NCBI GenBank assembly: GCA_018652595.1
Contig: JABIBU010000001.1
Location: 1-54,364 of the forward strand
Direction of reading: 5' to 3'
DNA from: Candidatus Magasanikiibacteriota bacterium
GTDB taxonomy: Bacteria > Patescibacteriota > Patescibacteriia > Magasanikbacterales > UBA922
DNA length: 54,364 bases
The position numbers and the translations under genes were made by a program. This document shows, piece after piece, positions 9,265-18,792 of the stretch. Each line of letters starts with the position of its first letter. Positions within the stretch are counted from its first letter, which is position 1. The notes beneath the pieces were generated by a model that was not told the origin of the DNA, did not search any database, and saw only the letters and a program-made list of their open reading frames with translations.

Positions 9265-9732
9265 ATGACTGAAGAAAACGTAAAACCAGAGGATACAAAA
9301 GAAGAAGCTCCTAAGGTAGAAGAAACAAAAGAAGAAAGCAAGGACGTGGAAGTTCCTGCAAAATTCAAATCTCTAGTAGAAGAGATTGAAAAAATGTCTG
9401 TTCTAGATTTGGCAGAACTTGTCAAAATCTTGGAAGATAAGTTTGGTGTATCGGCTGCTGCTCCTGCCATGATGATGGCTGGCGCTCCTGCTGCTGGTGG
9501 CGAAGCTGCTGCAGAAGAAAAAAGTGAATTCGATGTAGAGCTAGTAGATGCTGGTGGTACAAAGATCGCTGTTATCAAAGCAGTAAAAGAAATCACTGGT
9601 CTTGGGCTTGCTGATGCCAAAGCTATGGTAGACGGTGCTCCAAAAGTGATCAAAGAAGCTGTTAAGAAAGAAGAAGCAGAAGAAATGAAGAAGAAGCTTG
9701 AAGAAGCTGGTGCTGCTGTTGAACTTAAATAA
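9265..9732 (+). CDS. rplL: 50S ribosomal protein L7/L12
   Basis: [49 protein letters not shown]; acidic N-terminal extension. Confidence 0.98.
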   Translation: MTEENVKPEDTKEEAPKVEETKEESKDVEVPAKFKSLVEEIEKMSVLDLAELVKILEDKFGVSAAAPAMMMAGAPAAGGEAAAEEKSEFDVELVDAGGTKIAVIKAVKEITGLGLADAKAMVDGAPKVIKEAVKKEEAEEMKKKLEEAGAAVELK

Positions 9733-9753
9733 TAGCATTGATTTTATCGATTT

Positions 9754-9784
9754 AAAAACACTCCCAATTAGGGAGTGTTTTTTT
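9754..9784. terminator. Bidirectional rho-independent terminator
   Basis: aaaaacactccc-aatta-gggagtgttttttt between convergent genes. Confidence 0.85.
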
Positions 9785-9798
9785 GTTTTGGGTTTCTT

Positions 9799-10713
9799 TT
9801 ATTGTGTAATAGCTGCTTTCAATCTACTCACCATAACAATGGCAAACAGTAGGATTGCTGCGCCAATGAATTGGGTGGTGTTCATGAGCTTTCCGTGGAC
9901 AAAATATTCAAATACAACAGCAGACAAGGGGAGTCCTAGCTCGGCGATAGTAGAGACAGAAGCTTTAGTATGTTTTAGACCAAAATAGTAGAGGAACATG
10001 GCGACACCTCCAGAGCTAAAAATAATTATAAAAAGATAGCTCCATTGTGTGCCTGTGACTGTGGGAATTGCAGTATGTCCTCCAGTACTTAGCATTATGA
10101 TAAGTACAATCAAAGATGTAAGTCCAAAACGGATGTAAGTTCCAACACGGAAATTAGTGTCCTTTAGAGCGCCTTTACTAAATACAGTAGATGCTCCCCA
10201 GCACAACGCAGCTAATAGTCCAAACATGGCTGCGACTGTAGTCTTGTCGCCAGTATCAAAGTTTGGTACTAGTTCTGGAAAGGCGACAGCGTAGGCACCA
10301 ATAATTGCCAATATTGCGTAGACAAAGAATTTTTTTGGTAGTCGTTCTTTCAATATCAGCCAAGCTAGAAAAATGGCAAAAATCGGTTGAACTTTTTGCA
10401 TCAAGATAACGGCTGACAAATTGGCAAAGTTTACATAAAATAAACCTTTTGTAATAGCCAATGTTCCCAGGGCTCCACCAAATAGAGCGACTAAGAAAAA
10501 ATAAAAATAACCTTGCTTGGTTATTCTGCCCAGTTTTTTTCGTTCATAAATCAAAAATGGAACCATAATTACAAAAGCAATTGCATGTTCCAAAAATACT
10601 ACGGTGGCTACTGGCAATGAATAAAGTGCGGGGCGTAGTACTACGCCATCCAAGCCCCAGAGAATAGCTGCCAGAGCTATCATTGCTGGGAAGATCCAGA
10701 GGTGTTTTTTCAT
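9799..10713 (-). CDS. DMT/EamA family transporter
   Basis: About 10 TM helices with two EamA halves (QPIFAIFLAWLILKE; PLSAVVFEYFVHG). Confidence 0.88.
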   Translation of the reverse strand: MKKHLWIFPAMIALAAILWGLDGVVLRPALYSLPVATVVFLEHAIAFVIMVPFLIYERKKLGRITKQGYFYFFLVALFGGALGTLAITKGLFYVNFANLSAVILMQKVQPIFAIFLAWLILKERLPKKFFVYAILAIIGAYAVAFPELVPNFDTGDKTTVAAMFGLLAALCWGASTVFSKGALKDTNFRVGTYIRFGLTSLIVLIIMLSTGGHTAIPTVTGTQWSYLFIIIFSSGGVAMFLYYFGLKHTKASVSTIAELGLPLSAVVFEYFVHGKLMNTTQFIGAAILLFAIVMVSRLKAAITQ

Positions 10714-10759
10714 ATATATAAAAATAAAGAGAGGGTTTTCCTCTAAACCTCTCTATTAA

Positions 10760-12988
10760 TTAGTAGTTAAATTTGTAAATTTTGTTACTATCCAAGATGT
10801 ATATTGTTTTGCTTTCTTCTTCTACTATCATACTGGTTGGGCTCTGCCAAGAGTTTGATGTATATTGATTTAGCATCTTTCCTTCTTTGTCCAATATGAT
10901 TACACGCTTGTTGGTTGGCTCCAATATATAGATATTTTGCAGGCCATTGTAAGTCCAGATTTGGGTTGGGTTGTCTAATGCTGGATCTAGGCCTGTGATA
11001 TTAAATTCTTGTTTTTTTCCTGCGGTAAGTTTTATTATTTCACCACTAGATTTCAAAACAAATAGATCACCATCAATAGCAATAGATACGCCATCTGTTA
11101 TATCTATATCGCCATCCTTTATCCACGATGCTCCTTTGTCATATCCGGTCTGAGTTTGGCTATGGCGATAGATTTGATTGTTTTTTGTGTCTAGAGAGTA
11201 AAGTTTTCTATTGTAGACAAAGATACCCGATAGTACCACTTCTTCATTTTCAAAGCCTATATCTTTGGTAGAAAGTAGGGAAGATTCTTTGTTATATTCT
11301 GATACGCTAGAATCACCACTGACAAATACAATTTTGTCTTGCTCCTTTGGTGTAGAGGAATATACTAAGTTAGTAATATTATTATGATCCTTTGTCTCTA
11401 TGCTATTGCCGTTTAAATTTATTTTATAAAATGAAACGTCTTTTTCTCCATACGCTAGCAGGATGTTATCGATCTTCGCAAGTTTTATTGTGTCCACATT
11501 AGAATTTATTTGCGATAGGTCTGCTATGGTTTCTGGTTCAACCACTGATAGTTTTCTTAGTTTCATGAGTACGGAATCAACCTCATTTGATAGTTCTAAT
11601 ATTTTATCCTTTTCTTTTTTGCTATTATTTGGAAGCTTTGTGACTATTTGTTCAGCTTCTTGTAATAGGCTTAGAGCTCTTTCGTTATTTCCATAAATAA
11701 TACTAGCGTCAGCTGCATTTTTTTTGTCTATTACAGATTGTATTTGGTTGTGGTAGGCTTGTTTTTCTGCTTGCCAGTTTTCTTTTACCTTATATGTTGT
11801 AATGCTACCCAAAAAGACTATTGCCAGTACTATTGAGCTAACAAAAAGCATCTTGCTAAGTATGGGGAGTTTGTAGAATGCTTCTTTCTTTTCGTGTATA
11901 TTGTTTTTTATATTTCTTACAACATCATGACGTTTTTTGTCTTTGTTGGTTATTAGAAGAAAAAGTAAGATGCTTCCTCGTCCTAATTTTATTAATATTC
12001 TTTTTAGTAGTCTAAAAAGCCCGAGTGTTCCCAAAACAAGAGTTTTGCCAAGTGTAATTAAAATAGTATTAAAAATAGATTGCTGTCCTTTGTCTTGGCG
12101 CCTACGAAAGTTTGTTTCTATTGTGCCTTTTTTCTTTTTTACTATGCTTTCTGGGCTTTTTTCTTCTTTTGATCTATATTCTTTTATTTTTTTCTTGACA
12201 CCCTTTAAAATTGGAGGAGATAGTATTTCTTTGGTGTTTTTTTCTTGGGCTACAAGTTTATTGATAGATGCATCAGAGCCCTTTTCTTGGTAGATAGAAG
12301 AACGACCAGTTTTTGGTATATCGCTTGGGTAGTGCATTAATATTCCACCAAATGATATGTCGCTGTCTAGATCTTTTAAAACTTTTTGTATGTGTCCGGC
12401 ACTTTGGGAGGTGTCTCTGGTGTTGATAATTTTTTGGACACGATCGTGTGTAAAATAATCAGTAACGTGTGGGGTGGATATATAAAGATAGTCATTAATA
12501 TTTACATTTCCTTGTATGATAGAAGAGAATAGGTGATCGGTGCCTTTTTCTGATTCTTGTCCTTCCATTATGTCGATTTGTTCTAGATCACCTTCTTTGT
12601 TTTTAAAAAATAAAATTACATTTGGATTTCCGTGATATGCAAAAGAGACTTCATGATTTCTCATGACGCCAACCAGACAATTTACAACTGAGTTTTTGTA
12701 TTGCAAAATATGATGTCCGCGTCTATTGATATATTCTAGCGTTGCTTCAAAAGGATCTTTGTCTCCATTTGCGTCAGTCTCATAGTAACCAGATTCTAGA
12801 TCATCAATCATTTGTTGGAGATGTTCAATTTGTTCTAAGGGTCCATTATTGATTTCGGCCAAAGCAAAAAAATAGCCTTTTTTTCTTTCTTCGGCGTTAC
12901 TAGGTTCTGTAATATGGAGTAGAACATGAGATCTCTCTTGGTTGCTACCCTCGACAAAAAATTCTTCCAATTCTAGTATATCTGGCAT
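10760..12988 (-). CDS. Membrane-anchored hypothetical protein with a C-terminal beta-propeller
   Basis: Soluble N-terminal domain (possibly a degenerate PP2C-like fold), TM near aa 380, coiled coil, NHL-like repeats (LYSLD..NNQIYR, SIAIDGDLFVL, IYILEP.NKRV). Confidence 0.6.
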   Translation of the reverse strand: MPDILELEEFFVEGSNQERSHVLLHITEPSNAEERKKGYFFALAEINNGPLEQIEHLQQMIDDLESGYYETDANGDKDPFEATLEYINRRGHHILQYKNSVVNCLVGVMRNHEVSFAYHGNPNVILFFKNKEGDLEQIDIMEGQESEKGTDHLFSSIIQGNVNINDYLYISTPHVTDYFTHDRVQKIINTRDTSQSAGHIQKVLKDLDSDISFGGILMHYPSDIPKTGRSSIYQEKGSDASINKLVAQEKNTKEILSPPILKGVKKKIKEYRSKEEKSPESIVKKKKGTIETNFRRRQDKGQQSIFNTILITLGKTLVLGTLGLFRLLKRILIKLGRGSILLFLLITNKDKKRHDVVRNIKNNIHEKKEAFYKLPILSKMLFVSSIVLAIVFLGSITTYKVKENWQAEKQAYHNQIQSVIDKKNAADASIIYGNNERALSLLQEAEQIVTKLPNNSKKEKDKILELSNEVDSVLMKLRKLSVVEPETIADLSQINSNVDTIKLAKIDNILLAYGEKDVSFYKINLNGNSIETKDHNNITNLVYSSTPKEQDKIVFVSGDSSVSEYNKESSLLSTKDIGFENEEVVLSGIFVYNRKLYSLDTKNNQIYRHSQTQTGYDKGASWIKDGDIDITDGVSIAIDGDLFVLKSSGEIIKLTAGKKQEFNITGLDPALDNPTQIWTYNGLQNIYILEPTNKRVIILDKEGKMLNQYTSNSWQSPTSMIVEEESKTIYILDSNKIYKFNY

Positions 12989-13044
12989 ATATGATTTGGT
13001 GTGACTTTTGACTTTATCTTATATACATATTATACTATATATCG

Positions 13045-13170
13045 CAAAAGCTGAAAAGGCCTATCCGAATATTGGAAAGGCTCAAAGGGTCTAAAAGCCC
13101 TAAAATGCTTTTTAAAACTATTCTAAGCTTTTCTGGCCTTTTGGGCCTTTTAAGCTTTTTAAGCTTTTCA
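13045..13170. repeat. Paired inverted arrays of degenerate ~9-mer repeats
   Basis: A-rich aaaagct/aaaggcc/aaaagcc units followed by complementary agcttt/ggcctttt units, between divergent genes. Confidence 0.6.
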
Positions 13171-13174
13171 TATT

Positions 13175-13768
13175 ATGCTTGAACAACTATTTGGTTCAAA
13201 GACCAGATTCAATTTATTAAAAGTATTGTTTCGTCAGGCCGACAATCCGTTTTATGTAAGGGAGTTGGCTAGGCTCATAGATACACAGATAAATGCTATT
13301 AGGCGTGAGCTTGAGCTTTTGCTAAAGCTCGGAATTGTAAAAGAGGAAGAAGTGGATACTAGTGAAAAAACTACCCAAGGAGCCAAGCTTCGCAAGTACT
13401 ATATTTTGGACAAAGAATCACTTCTATATCCTGAATTACAAGCCCTACTTCTAAAGGCAAAAATTTTGGGTGAAAAAGAATTTATAAAAGAGATCACCAA
13501 GAGAGCCGGGGACATTTCTTTGTTTTTGCTTACTGGCAAGTTTACTAGTCGCGAGGGAATGTCTAGCGACCTGCTTCTAGTTGGTAAGATAAAAGAACGA
13601 ACTCTTGCCAAGATTATATCTCAATATGAAAAAGATTTTGGGTTTGAGATAATGTACACCACTATGACTGACCAAGAGTTCAAGGACCGTCGTCATGTGA
13701 TGGATAAATTTCTGTATTCTCTATTTGAGGCGGATAATTTGAAGGTTATCAATAAATTAAATGTCTAA
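13175..13768 (+). CDS. Winged-helix regulator with a C-terminal nucleotidyltransferase-like domain
   Basis: LFGSKTR...FYVRELAR....INAIRREL wHTH; LTGKF...SDLLLVG. Confidence 0.7.
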   Translation: MLEQLFGSKTRFNLLKVLFRQADNPFYVRELARLIDTQINAIRRELELLLKLGIVKEEEVDTSEKTTQGAKLRKYYILDKESLLYPELQALLLKAKILGEKEFIKEITKRAGDISLFLLTGKFTSREGMSSDLLLVGKIKERTLAKIISQYEKDFGFEIMYTTMTDQEFKDRRHVMDKFLYSLFEADNLKVINKLNV

Positions 13769-14156
13769 TATGTATTTGCTTTTTGATCTATCATCCAGAG
13801 ATATTGTTCATCTGGCTTTGTTTGATTCAGGTTCTATTGAACACAAAAAGTACTCTGGAATGAATAGAGAGCTATTGAGTTCTGTAGATGATTTTTTGAA
13901 ATTGCAAAATATTAAAAAAGAAGATGTAGGAGGAATAATGGTAGTCGTGGGTGCTGGTAGTTTTACGAGTACTCGAATTGCTTGTGTTGTGGCCAATACT
14001 TTCGCCTATGTTTTACAGGTTCCACTTTTGGCTATTGGAGAAGATAAGATTGATAGTGCGCAAGACTTAATTCCAGAGCTTTTGAAACAGACTAAAGGAC
14101 AATATATTTCAGCGACCTATTCAGGTGAGCCGAATATTGGGAAGAAGAAAAAATAA
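13761..14156 (+). CDS. tsaB: TsaB (short form)
   Basis: LLFDLSS, VVVGAGSFTSTRIACVVANTFAY, YSGEPNI. Confidence 0.85.
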   Translation: MSNMYLLFDLSSRDIVHLALFDSGSIEHKKYSGMNRELLSSVDDFLKLQNIKKEDVGGIMVVVGAGSFTSTRIACVVANTFAYVLQVPLLAIGEDKIDSAQDLIPELLKQTKGQYISATYSGEPNIGKKKK

Positions 14157-14172
14157 TTTTAATTTTTAAGAT

Positions 14173-14925
14173 ATGCATAAAAAAGAAGGTGTAATTAGGC
14201 AACCTGATCTTTTTCTTGAAAATGATCCAGAACTAAAAAGAAAATCAGAGAAAGTAAATTTTCGGGTGAGTATTTTGGGTGGTAAATCTGGTGAGCAGGA
14301 TGCAGATGAACTTGGGTATGAGTTAACCAAAGATTTTTTTTCAATACAAACTGGAGGATATAATAGGGGGGCGATGAAAAGTGGTCTAGAGGGGGCTGAT
14401 AGGGCACTAAAGGAGATGAAGGAAGATGCCCAAACTAAAAGAATATTGGGTCATATATGCCCCACCCCAAAAGGTATAGGGATGGAGAGAATATCTCCCG
14501 ACGAGGTGTTTAAGGGTGAACATACCCATTCGGAACTTCTGGGTGGTGGTGTTATGGATCACTATTTAAGATTGGGTAAGTTAATAGAAGAATCTTCCGC
14601 AAATATTGTTCTTGCTGGTGGTACCGGTACCGAAGTGGAATTTTTAGCTGATTTTAGGTTTAATAAGCAAATGTATAAAAAACAGGTAGAAGGTTTCAGT
14701 CATAAGCCTTTGATTTTTGTTGGTGATCATCATGATTCTATATTAAAAGATAAATTTGGTTCAGAAATTAATAAAAGCGATTTTGTTTATAAGACAGATA
14801 CAGCCAAAGAGGCTGTTGAGTTAGTGAAAGTTCTTGAATTGTTAGAAAATACAGAAGAAGAATTGAAAGATGATGAGTTGGAAAGGTTAAAAGAATTTAA
14901 GAGAAGTCATTTACTAAGAATTTAA
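14173..14925 (+). CDS. LOG/SLOG family Rossmann-fold protein (putative nucleotide N-glycosidase)
   Basis: RVSILGG, TGGYNRGAM, R..KLIE.S...IVLAGGTGTEVE (PGGxGTxxE-like), KPLIFVG. Confidence 0.72.
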   Translation: MHKKEGVIRQPDLFLENDPELKRKSEKVNFRVSILGGKSGEQDADELGYELTKDFFSIQTGGYNRGAMKSGLEGADRALKEMKEDAQTKRILGHICPTPKGIGMERISPDEVFKGEHTHSELLGGGVMDHYLRLGKLIEESSANIVLAGGTGTEVEFLADFRFNKQMYKKQVEGFSHKPLIFVGDHHDSILKDKFGSEINKSDFVYKTDTAKEAVELVKVLELLENTEEELKDDELERLKEFKRSHLLRI

Positions 14926-14948
14926 AAAATATCTAATATTAAAAATAT

Positions 14949-16361
14949 ATGACCAACAAAACTATTAACAAAAAGAGGATGTTACATTTTTTGTTGCCAG
15001 AAGATCAGTCTCTTTTTGATTATGATTATATTTTTTCAGCCTCTGCATTATGGGCAGAATTGGATATGGAAAATGTTACAGCAACTTTCGATCTCACTGT
15101 TAGAGACTTACCCCGAAATAGAAACTTCTTAGTGTTTAATGGGTTAGAAGAAATGCTGACAGGCATCTTGTCTTGGAATTTCACAAAAGAAGACGTTAGT
15201 TTTTTATTAAAAAGAAAAATTATAACCAAAAAATTTGCAAAGTTGTTGAGTAATTTTAAATTTGATGGTGATGTCTGGGCTATGCCAGAAGGGAGTATCT
15301 TTTTTCAAGGTGAGTCAGTTTTGAGAATTACAGGTAAATTGTGGCAAATAAATTTATTTACTTTCTTTTTGATAAATTCTTTAACCTCAAATGTTGTCTT
15401 TTCTAGTAAGCTGGCCCGTTGTTTTTTGGCTGCTGGAGGTAAAACTTATGTGGCTACTTGTCCACCTGTCAGAGGTCATGCTCATGAGGCATCTCTAAAA
15501 TTTGGCAGATCAGCCTATCTGTTTGGATCTGCTTCAGGCATGGTACCTGCGTTTGCCAGAAAGTTTGATATTCCATACGAAAGCAAGGCCAGGGGTTTCC
15601 ATGCTTTTATAAAATCATTTCCATATGAGCTTACAGCAATGAGGGAGTTGGCCAGAGTTTTCCCTGATGCTTCTCTTATGGTAGATACTTATGGTTTTGA
15701 GAGTGGTGTTGATAATGCTATCAAGGTTGCTTTGGAACAAAAAAGTAATAATAAACCAGTATTTTCAGCTATTTTTATTGATAGCGGTAAAGATGTAGAA
15801 GAATTTTCTGATAGAGCCAAATATGCTCGTAAAAAGATGGATAGAGCCGGATTAAAGAGTATTCAAATTACAGTAGCAGGCAACTTCGATGAATATAAGA
15901 TTAAAAAATTGGTCGATCTCAAGGCACCAGTTGATAAAGTCATATTAGGCACGGAAGCAATAACTCCCGCCGATGATCCTAAGCTTGAGACAGTTTTAAA
16001 AATGTCTCAATTTGTTAAGGAAGGAAAAATAACTAATACTGCCAAGCTGTCAAAAGGTAAATCTAGTTATCCTGGTATAAAGCAAGTTTTTAGAAAATAT
16101 AATAAAAATGGTCAAATGGTAGAAGACACCATAGGTTTGCATAACGAAAAATTGGGAGGGGCTTTATTAAAGCAATATATCAAGAGGGGTAAATTGAGTA
16201 GAAAATTACCAAGTATAGATGAAATTAAAAAATATCAAGAAAAAGAATTCAAAACTTTAAGTCCAAAATTAAAGAAAATTGATAAAAGTGCTGGTTATAT
16301 TGTGAAAAATAGTAAAAAATTAGAAAAATTGATGTTGGAAGTTAGTAAAAAACATTTGTAG
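14949..16361 (+). CDS. Divergent nicotinate phosphoribosyltransferase-like (type II PRTase) protein
   Basis: ATFDL.VR.LP, GLEE, AMPEG, LMVDTY, IDSG, DEYKI, KLSKGKSSYPGIKQVFR are NAPRT-like, but several substrate motifs are altered. Confidence 0.8.
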   Translation: MTNKTINKKRMLHFLLPEDQSLFDYDYIFSASALWAELDMENVTATFDLTVRDLPRNRNFLVFNGLEEMLTGILSWNFTKEDVSFLLKRKIITKKFAKLLSNFKFDGDVWAMPEGSIFFQGESVLRITGKLWQINLFTFFLINSLTSNVVFSSKLARCFLAAGGKTYVATCPPVRGHAHEASLKFGRSAYLFGSASGMVPAFARKFDIPYESKARGFHAFIKSFPYELTAMRELARVFPDASLMVDTYGFESGVDNAIKVALEQKSNNKPVFSAIFIDSGKDVEEFSDRAKYARKKMDRAGLKSIQITVAGNFDEYKIKKLVDLKAPVDKVILGTEAITPADDPKLETVLKMSQFVKEGKITNTAKLSKGKSSYPGIKQVFRKYNKNGQMVEDTIGLHNEKLGGALLKQYIKRGKLSRKLPSIDEIKKYQEKEFKTLSPKLKKIDKSAGYIVKNSKKLEKLMLEVSKKHL

Positions 16362-16365
16362 TCAT

Positions 16366-17022
16366 ATGGGTAAACTAATAATAATCTATGGTGTAAATGG
16401 TGTGGGCAAAGATGCTATCGCCCTAAGTTTAAGTCGAGAATACACGAATAGTGTTGTGGTTAGTGATCAGAGAATTTTGATGTATCATTTGGGAATTATA
16501 GATAGTTATGACAATAGTCTTAAAATAGACAAAGAAAAGTATAAGAAGCTTGAAGATACCTCAAATGAAAAATTTATAGATATTTATCAAAATAAATTTA
16601 TTCAAACACTGTCTGAAATTAAAAGTAATTATGATATTGTATTTTTGATATCCCATTTGGTTATTAGTTTGCATACGGATAAAGAAAGTCCATTATATAT
16701 GGATACAGAATCTATAAATATCAATTTAGAAAATCTTTTGTCAGGAATCGCAGATGGTGTTTTTTATATAAAAAGTGATTGTAAAGATATTTTAAAGAGA
16801 AGAGAGGTGGACGCAAAAAAATATGATAGACAAAGACCGCTTAGGTTGGAAGATATAAAACAACACCAATACTTGAATGATAAAAAATGGGATGAGATTT
16901 CAAAATATGTATCAGAAAACAAGAAAATTACTATTTTAAATGACGAAGGTAAATTGGACAAAGCTATTTCTACGGCGAGAGATTTTATAGATAATATATT
17001 GTCTGATGTGAGTAAATTATGA
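16366..17022 (+). CDS. P-loop nucleoside-monophosphate kinase-like protein (archaeal adenylate kinase-like)
   Basis: IIIYGVNGVGKD Walker A, SH after strand 3, ILKRR..D...R.R lid, ILND.G. Confidence 0.7.
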   Translation: MGKLIIIYGVNGVGKDAIALSLSREYTNSVVVSDQRILMYHLGIIDSYDNSLKIDKEKYKKLEDTSNEKFIDIYQNKFIQTLSEIKSNYDIVFLISHLVISLHTDKESPLYMDTESININLENLLSGIADGVFYIKSDCKDILKRREVDAKKYDRQRPLRLEDIKQHQYLNDKKWDEISKYVSENKKITILNDEGKLDKAISTARDFIDNILSDVSKL

Positions 17023-17291
17023 AACACCTAAATCTAAAAATCCACGGTAAAGTTCAAGGAGTTTTTTTTCGTGAAAAAACAAAACAGCTTGCACAAGAAT
17101 TGGGTTTAAATGGTTATGTGAAGAATACTTCAGATAATTGTGTGGAGGTCGTAGTTGAAGGTGATGAATTAGCTTTGAAAAAGCTGCTTGATTGGTGTAA
17201 AATAGGAACAGAGTATGCCGAGGTCGGTGAAGTTGAAGAAAAATGGAGCGATGAAGTGGGGGAGTTTGAAGAATTTAAAATAGTTTATTAA
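17019..17291 (+). CDS. acyP: Acylphosphatase
   Basis: GKVQGVFFR, GYVKN, VEVVVEG. Confidence 0.95.
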   Translation: MKHLNLKIHGKVQGVFFREKTKQLAQELGLNGYVKNTSDNCVEVVVEGDELALKKLLDWCKIGTEYAEVGEVEEKWSDEVGEFEEFKIVY

Positions 17292-17294
17292 ATT

Positions 17295-18782
17295 ATGTTA
17301 TCAGACTATCAACGTTACAGACTATACGAAATGTTACCAGGTCTATCTATCTGGCTTACTTTGATTTTGAGTATAGTATTATCTTTTATTCGTCCAATGT
17401 GGATGATATATTTTATAATTTTATTTGATATCTATTGGGTGTTAAAAGTCGCTAATTTTGCTTTTTATCTTACCTTGTCTTGGTCACGTTTTCGTGTTAC
17501 AAAGAAGATTGATTGGAAAGACAAGCTAAGTCATGATCTAGATAATTATCAAGATAAATATCACGTTGTTTTTCTTACTCTATATAATGAAGGTTGGGAT
17601 GTAGTGGAGACGGCTGTCCAGAGTGTGTGTGATGCAGTCTATGATAGGTCAAAATTTGTTATTGTGGTGGCTGGAGAGGCTAGAAAAGAAGATCATTACA
17701 ATGATATTTTGTCGAGAATACAAAATAAATTTGGAAATTGCTTTGGTGATGTTGTAGGTACTTTGCATCCAGTAGATTTGTCAGGAGAAATTTCGGGTAA
17801 AGGCTCCAATCTAAACTATGCTGAGATTGAGATGAAAAAATATATTGATAATAAAGGTTGGAATTATGACAATGTAATAACAACTATTTTTGATATCGAT
17901 ACAGTCTGTCATTCGCAGTATTTTGCATATCTCACTTATCTGTATTGCACACACCCAAATCCTACTCGCAGTTCTTATCAGCCTATTGCGCTCTACAATA
18001 ATAATATGTGGGAGTCCCCAGCAGTTTTGCGTATTATGGCTTTTGGTACTACTTTTTGGACTATGACTAGCCTGGCTAGGCAAGATGCTCTTGTGACTTT
18101 TTCATCTCACTCTATGAGCTTTCGTGCTATAGTGGATGCAGGATTTCATGAGAGGCGTATTGTCAGTGAAGACTCTAGAATCTTTTATCAATGTTTGTTG
18201 GTCTATAATGGAAATTATGAAGTAACACCAATGTATTTACCGGTATCTATGGATACAGTGCGTGATGAAAACTGGGGACAGAGCGTAAAAAATCTTTATC
18301 GCCAGCAGCGACGTTGGGCTTGGGGTGTGGAGCATGTCCCATATCTTATAAATGAATTTAGAAAAAAGGGTAAGCTAATTCCTTTTTGGAAAAAGTTTAA
18401 ATGGGTATTTATAGAGTGGGAAGGGAAGTGGTCTTGGTCATTAGTCGCTCTTATTATTACAATATTAGGCCGACTTCCTATGTGGGTAGCACCAGACTAT
18501 GTGAGACAGAGTGCCTTGTTTTTTAATGCTCCGCATATTCTAGAAGTTCTTATGATTATGGCTATGACGGGTATGCTTTTGTCAGCGGTTTTGAGTATTC
18601 CTCTTCTCCCAAAAAAACCAGACTCGCATCCTCATCATAAATATATTATAATGGTATTGCAGTGGTTACTATTGCCGATAACTTTAATTTTTATCTCAGC
18701 GATCCCAGCGATTGACGCTGTTACACACTTGATGTTTGGAAAGTATCTAGGTTTTAATATCTCACAAAAAAAGAGAGCTTAA
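17295..18782 (+). CDS. Processive membrane glycosyltransferase, GT2 family
   Basis: LYNE, GKGSN, FDID, SED and QQRRW motifs, with flanking TM helices. Confidence 0.88.
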   Translation: MLSDYQRYRLYEMLPGLSIWLTLILSIVLSFIRPMWMIYFIILFDIYWVLKVANFAFYLTLSWSRFRVTKKIDWKDKLSHDLDNYQDKYHVVFLTLYNEGWDVVETAVQSVCDAVYDRSKFVIVVAGEARKEDHYNDILSRIQNKFGNCFGDVVGTLHPVDLSGEISGKGSNLNYAEIEMKKYIDNKGWNYDNVITTIFDIDTVCHSQYFAYLTYLYCTHPNPTRSSYQPIALYNNNMWESPAVLRIMAFGTTFWTMTSLARQDALVTFSSHSMSFRAIVDAGFHERRIVSEDSRIFYQCLLVYNGNYEVTPMYLPVSMDTVRDENWGQSVKNLYRQQRRWAWGVEHVPYLINEFRKKGKLIPFWKKFKWVFIEWEGKWSWSLVALIITILGRLPMWVAPDYVRQSALFFNAPHILEVLMIMAMTGMLLSAVLSIPLLPKKPDSHPHHKYIIMVLQWLLLPITLIFISAIPAIDAVTHLMFGKYLGFNISQKKRA

Positions 18783-18792
18783 TTTTAAAACT

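Noticed and set aside
9265-9360. Acidic N-terminal extension of L7/L12 as a novelty
   Set aside because: Such low-complexity extensions are, to my knowledge, common in CPR L7/L12.
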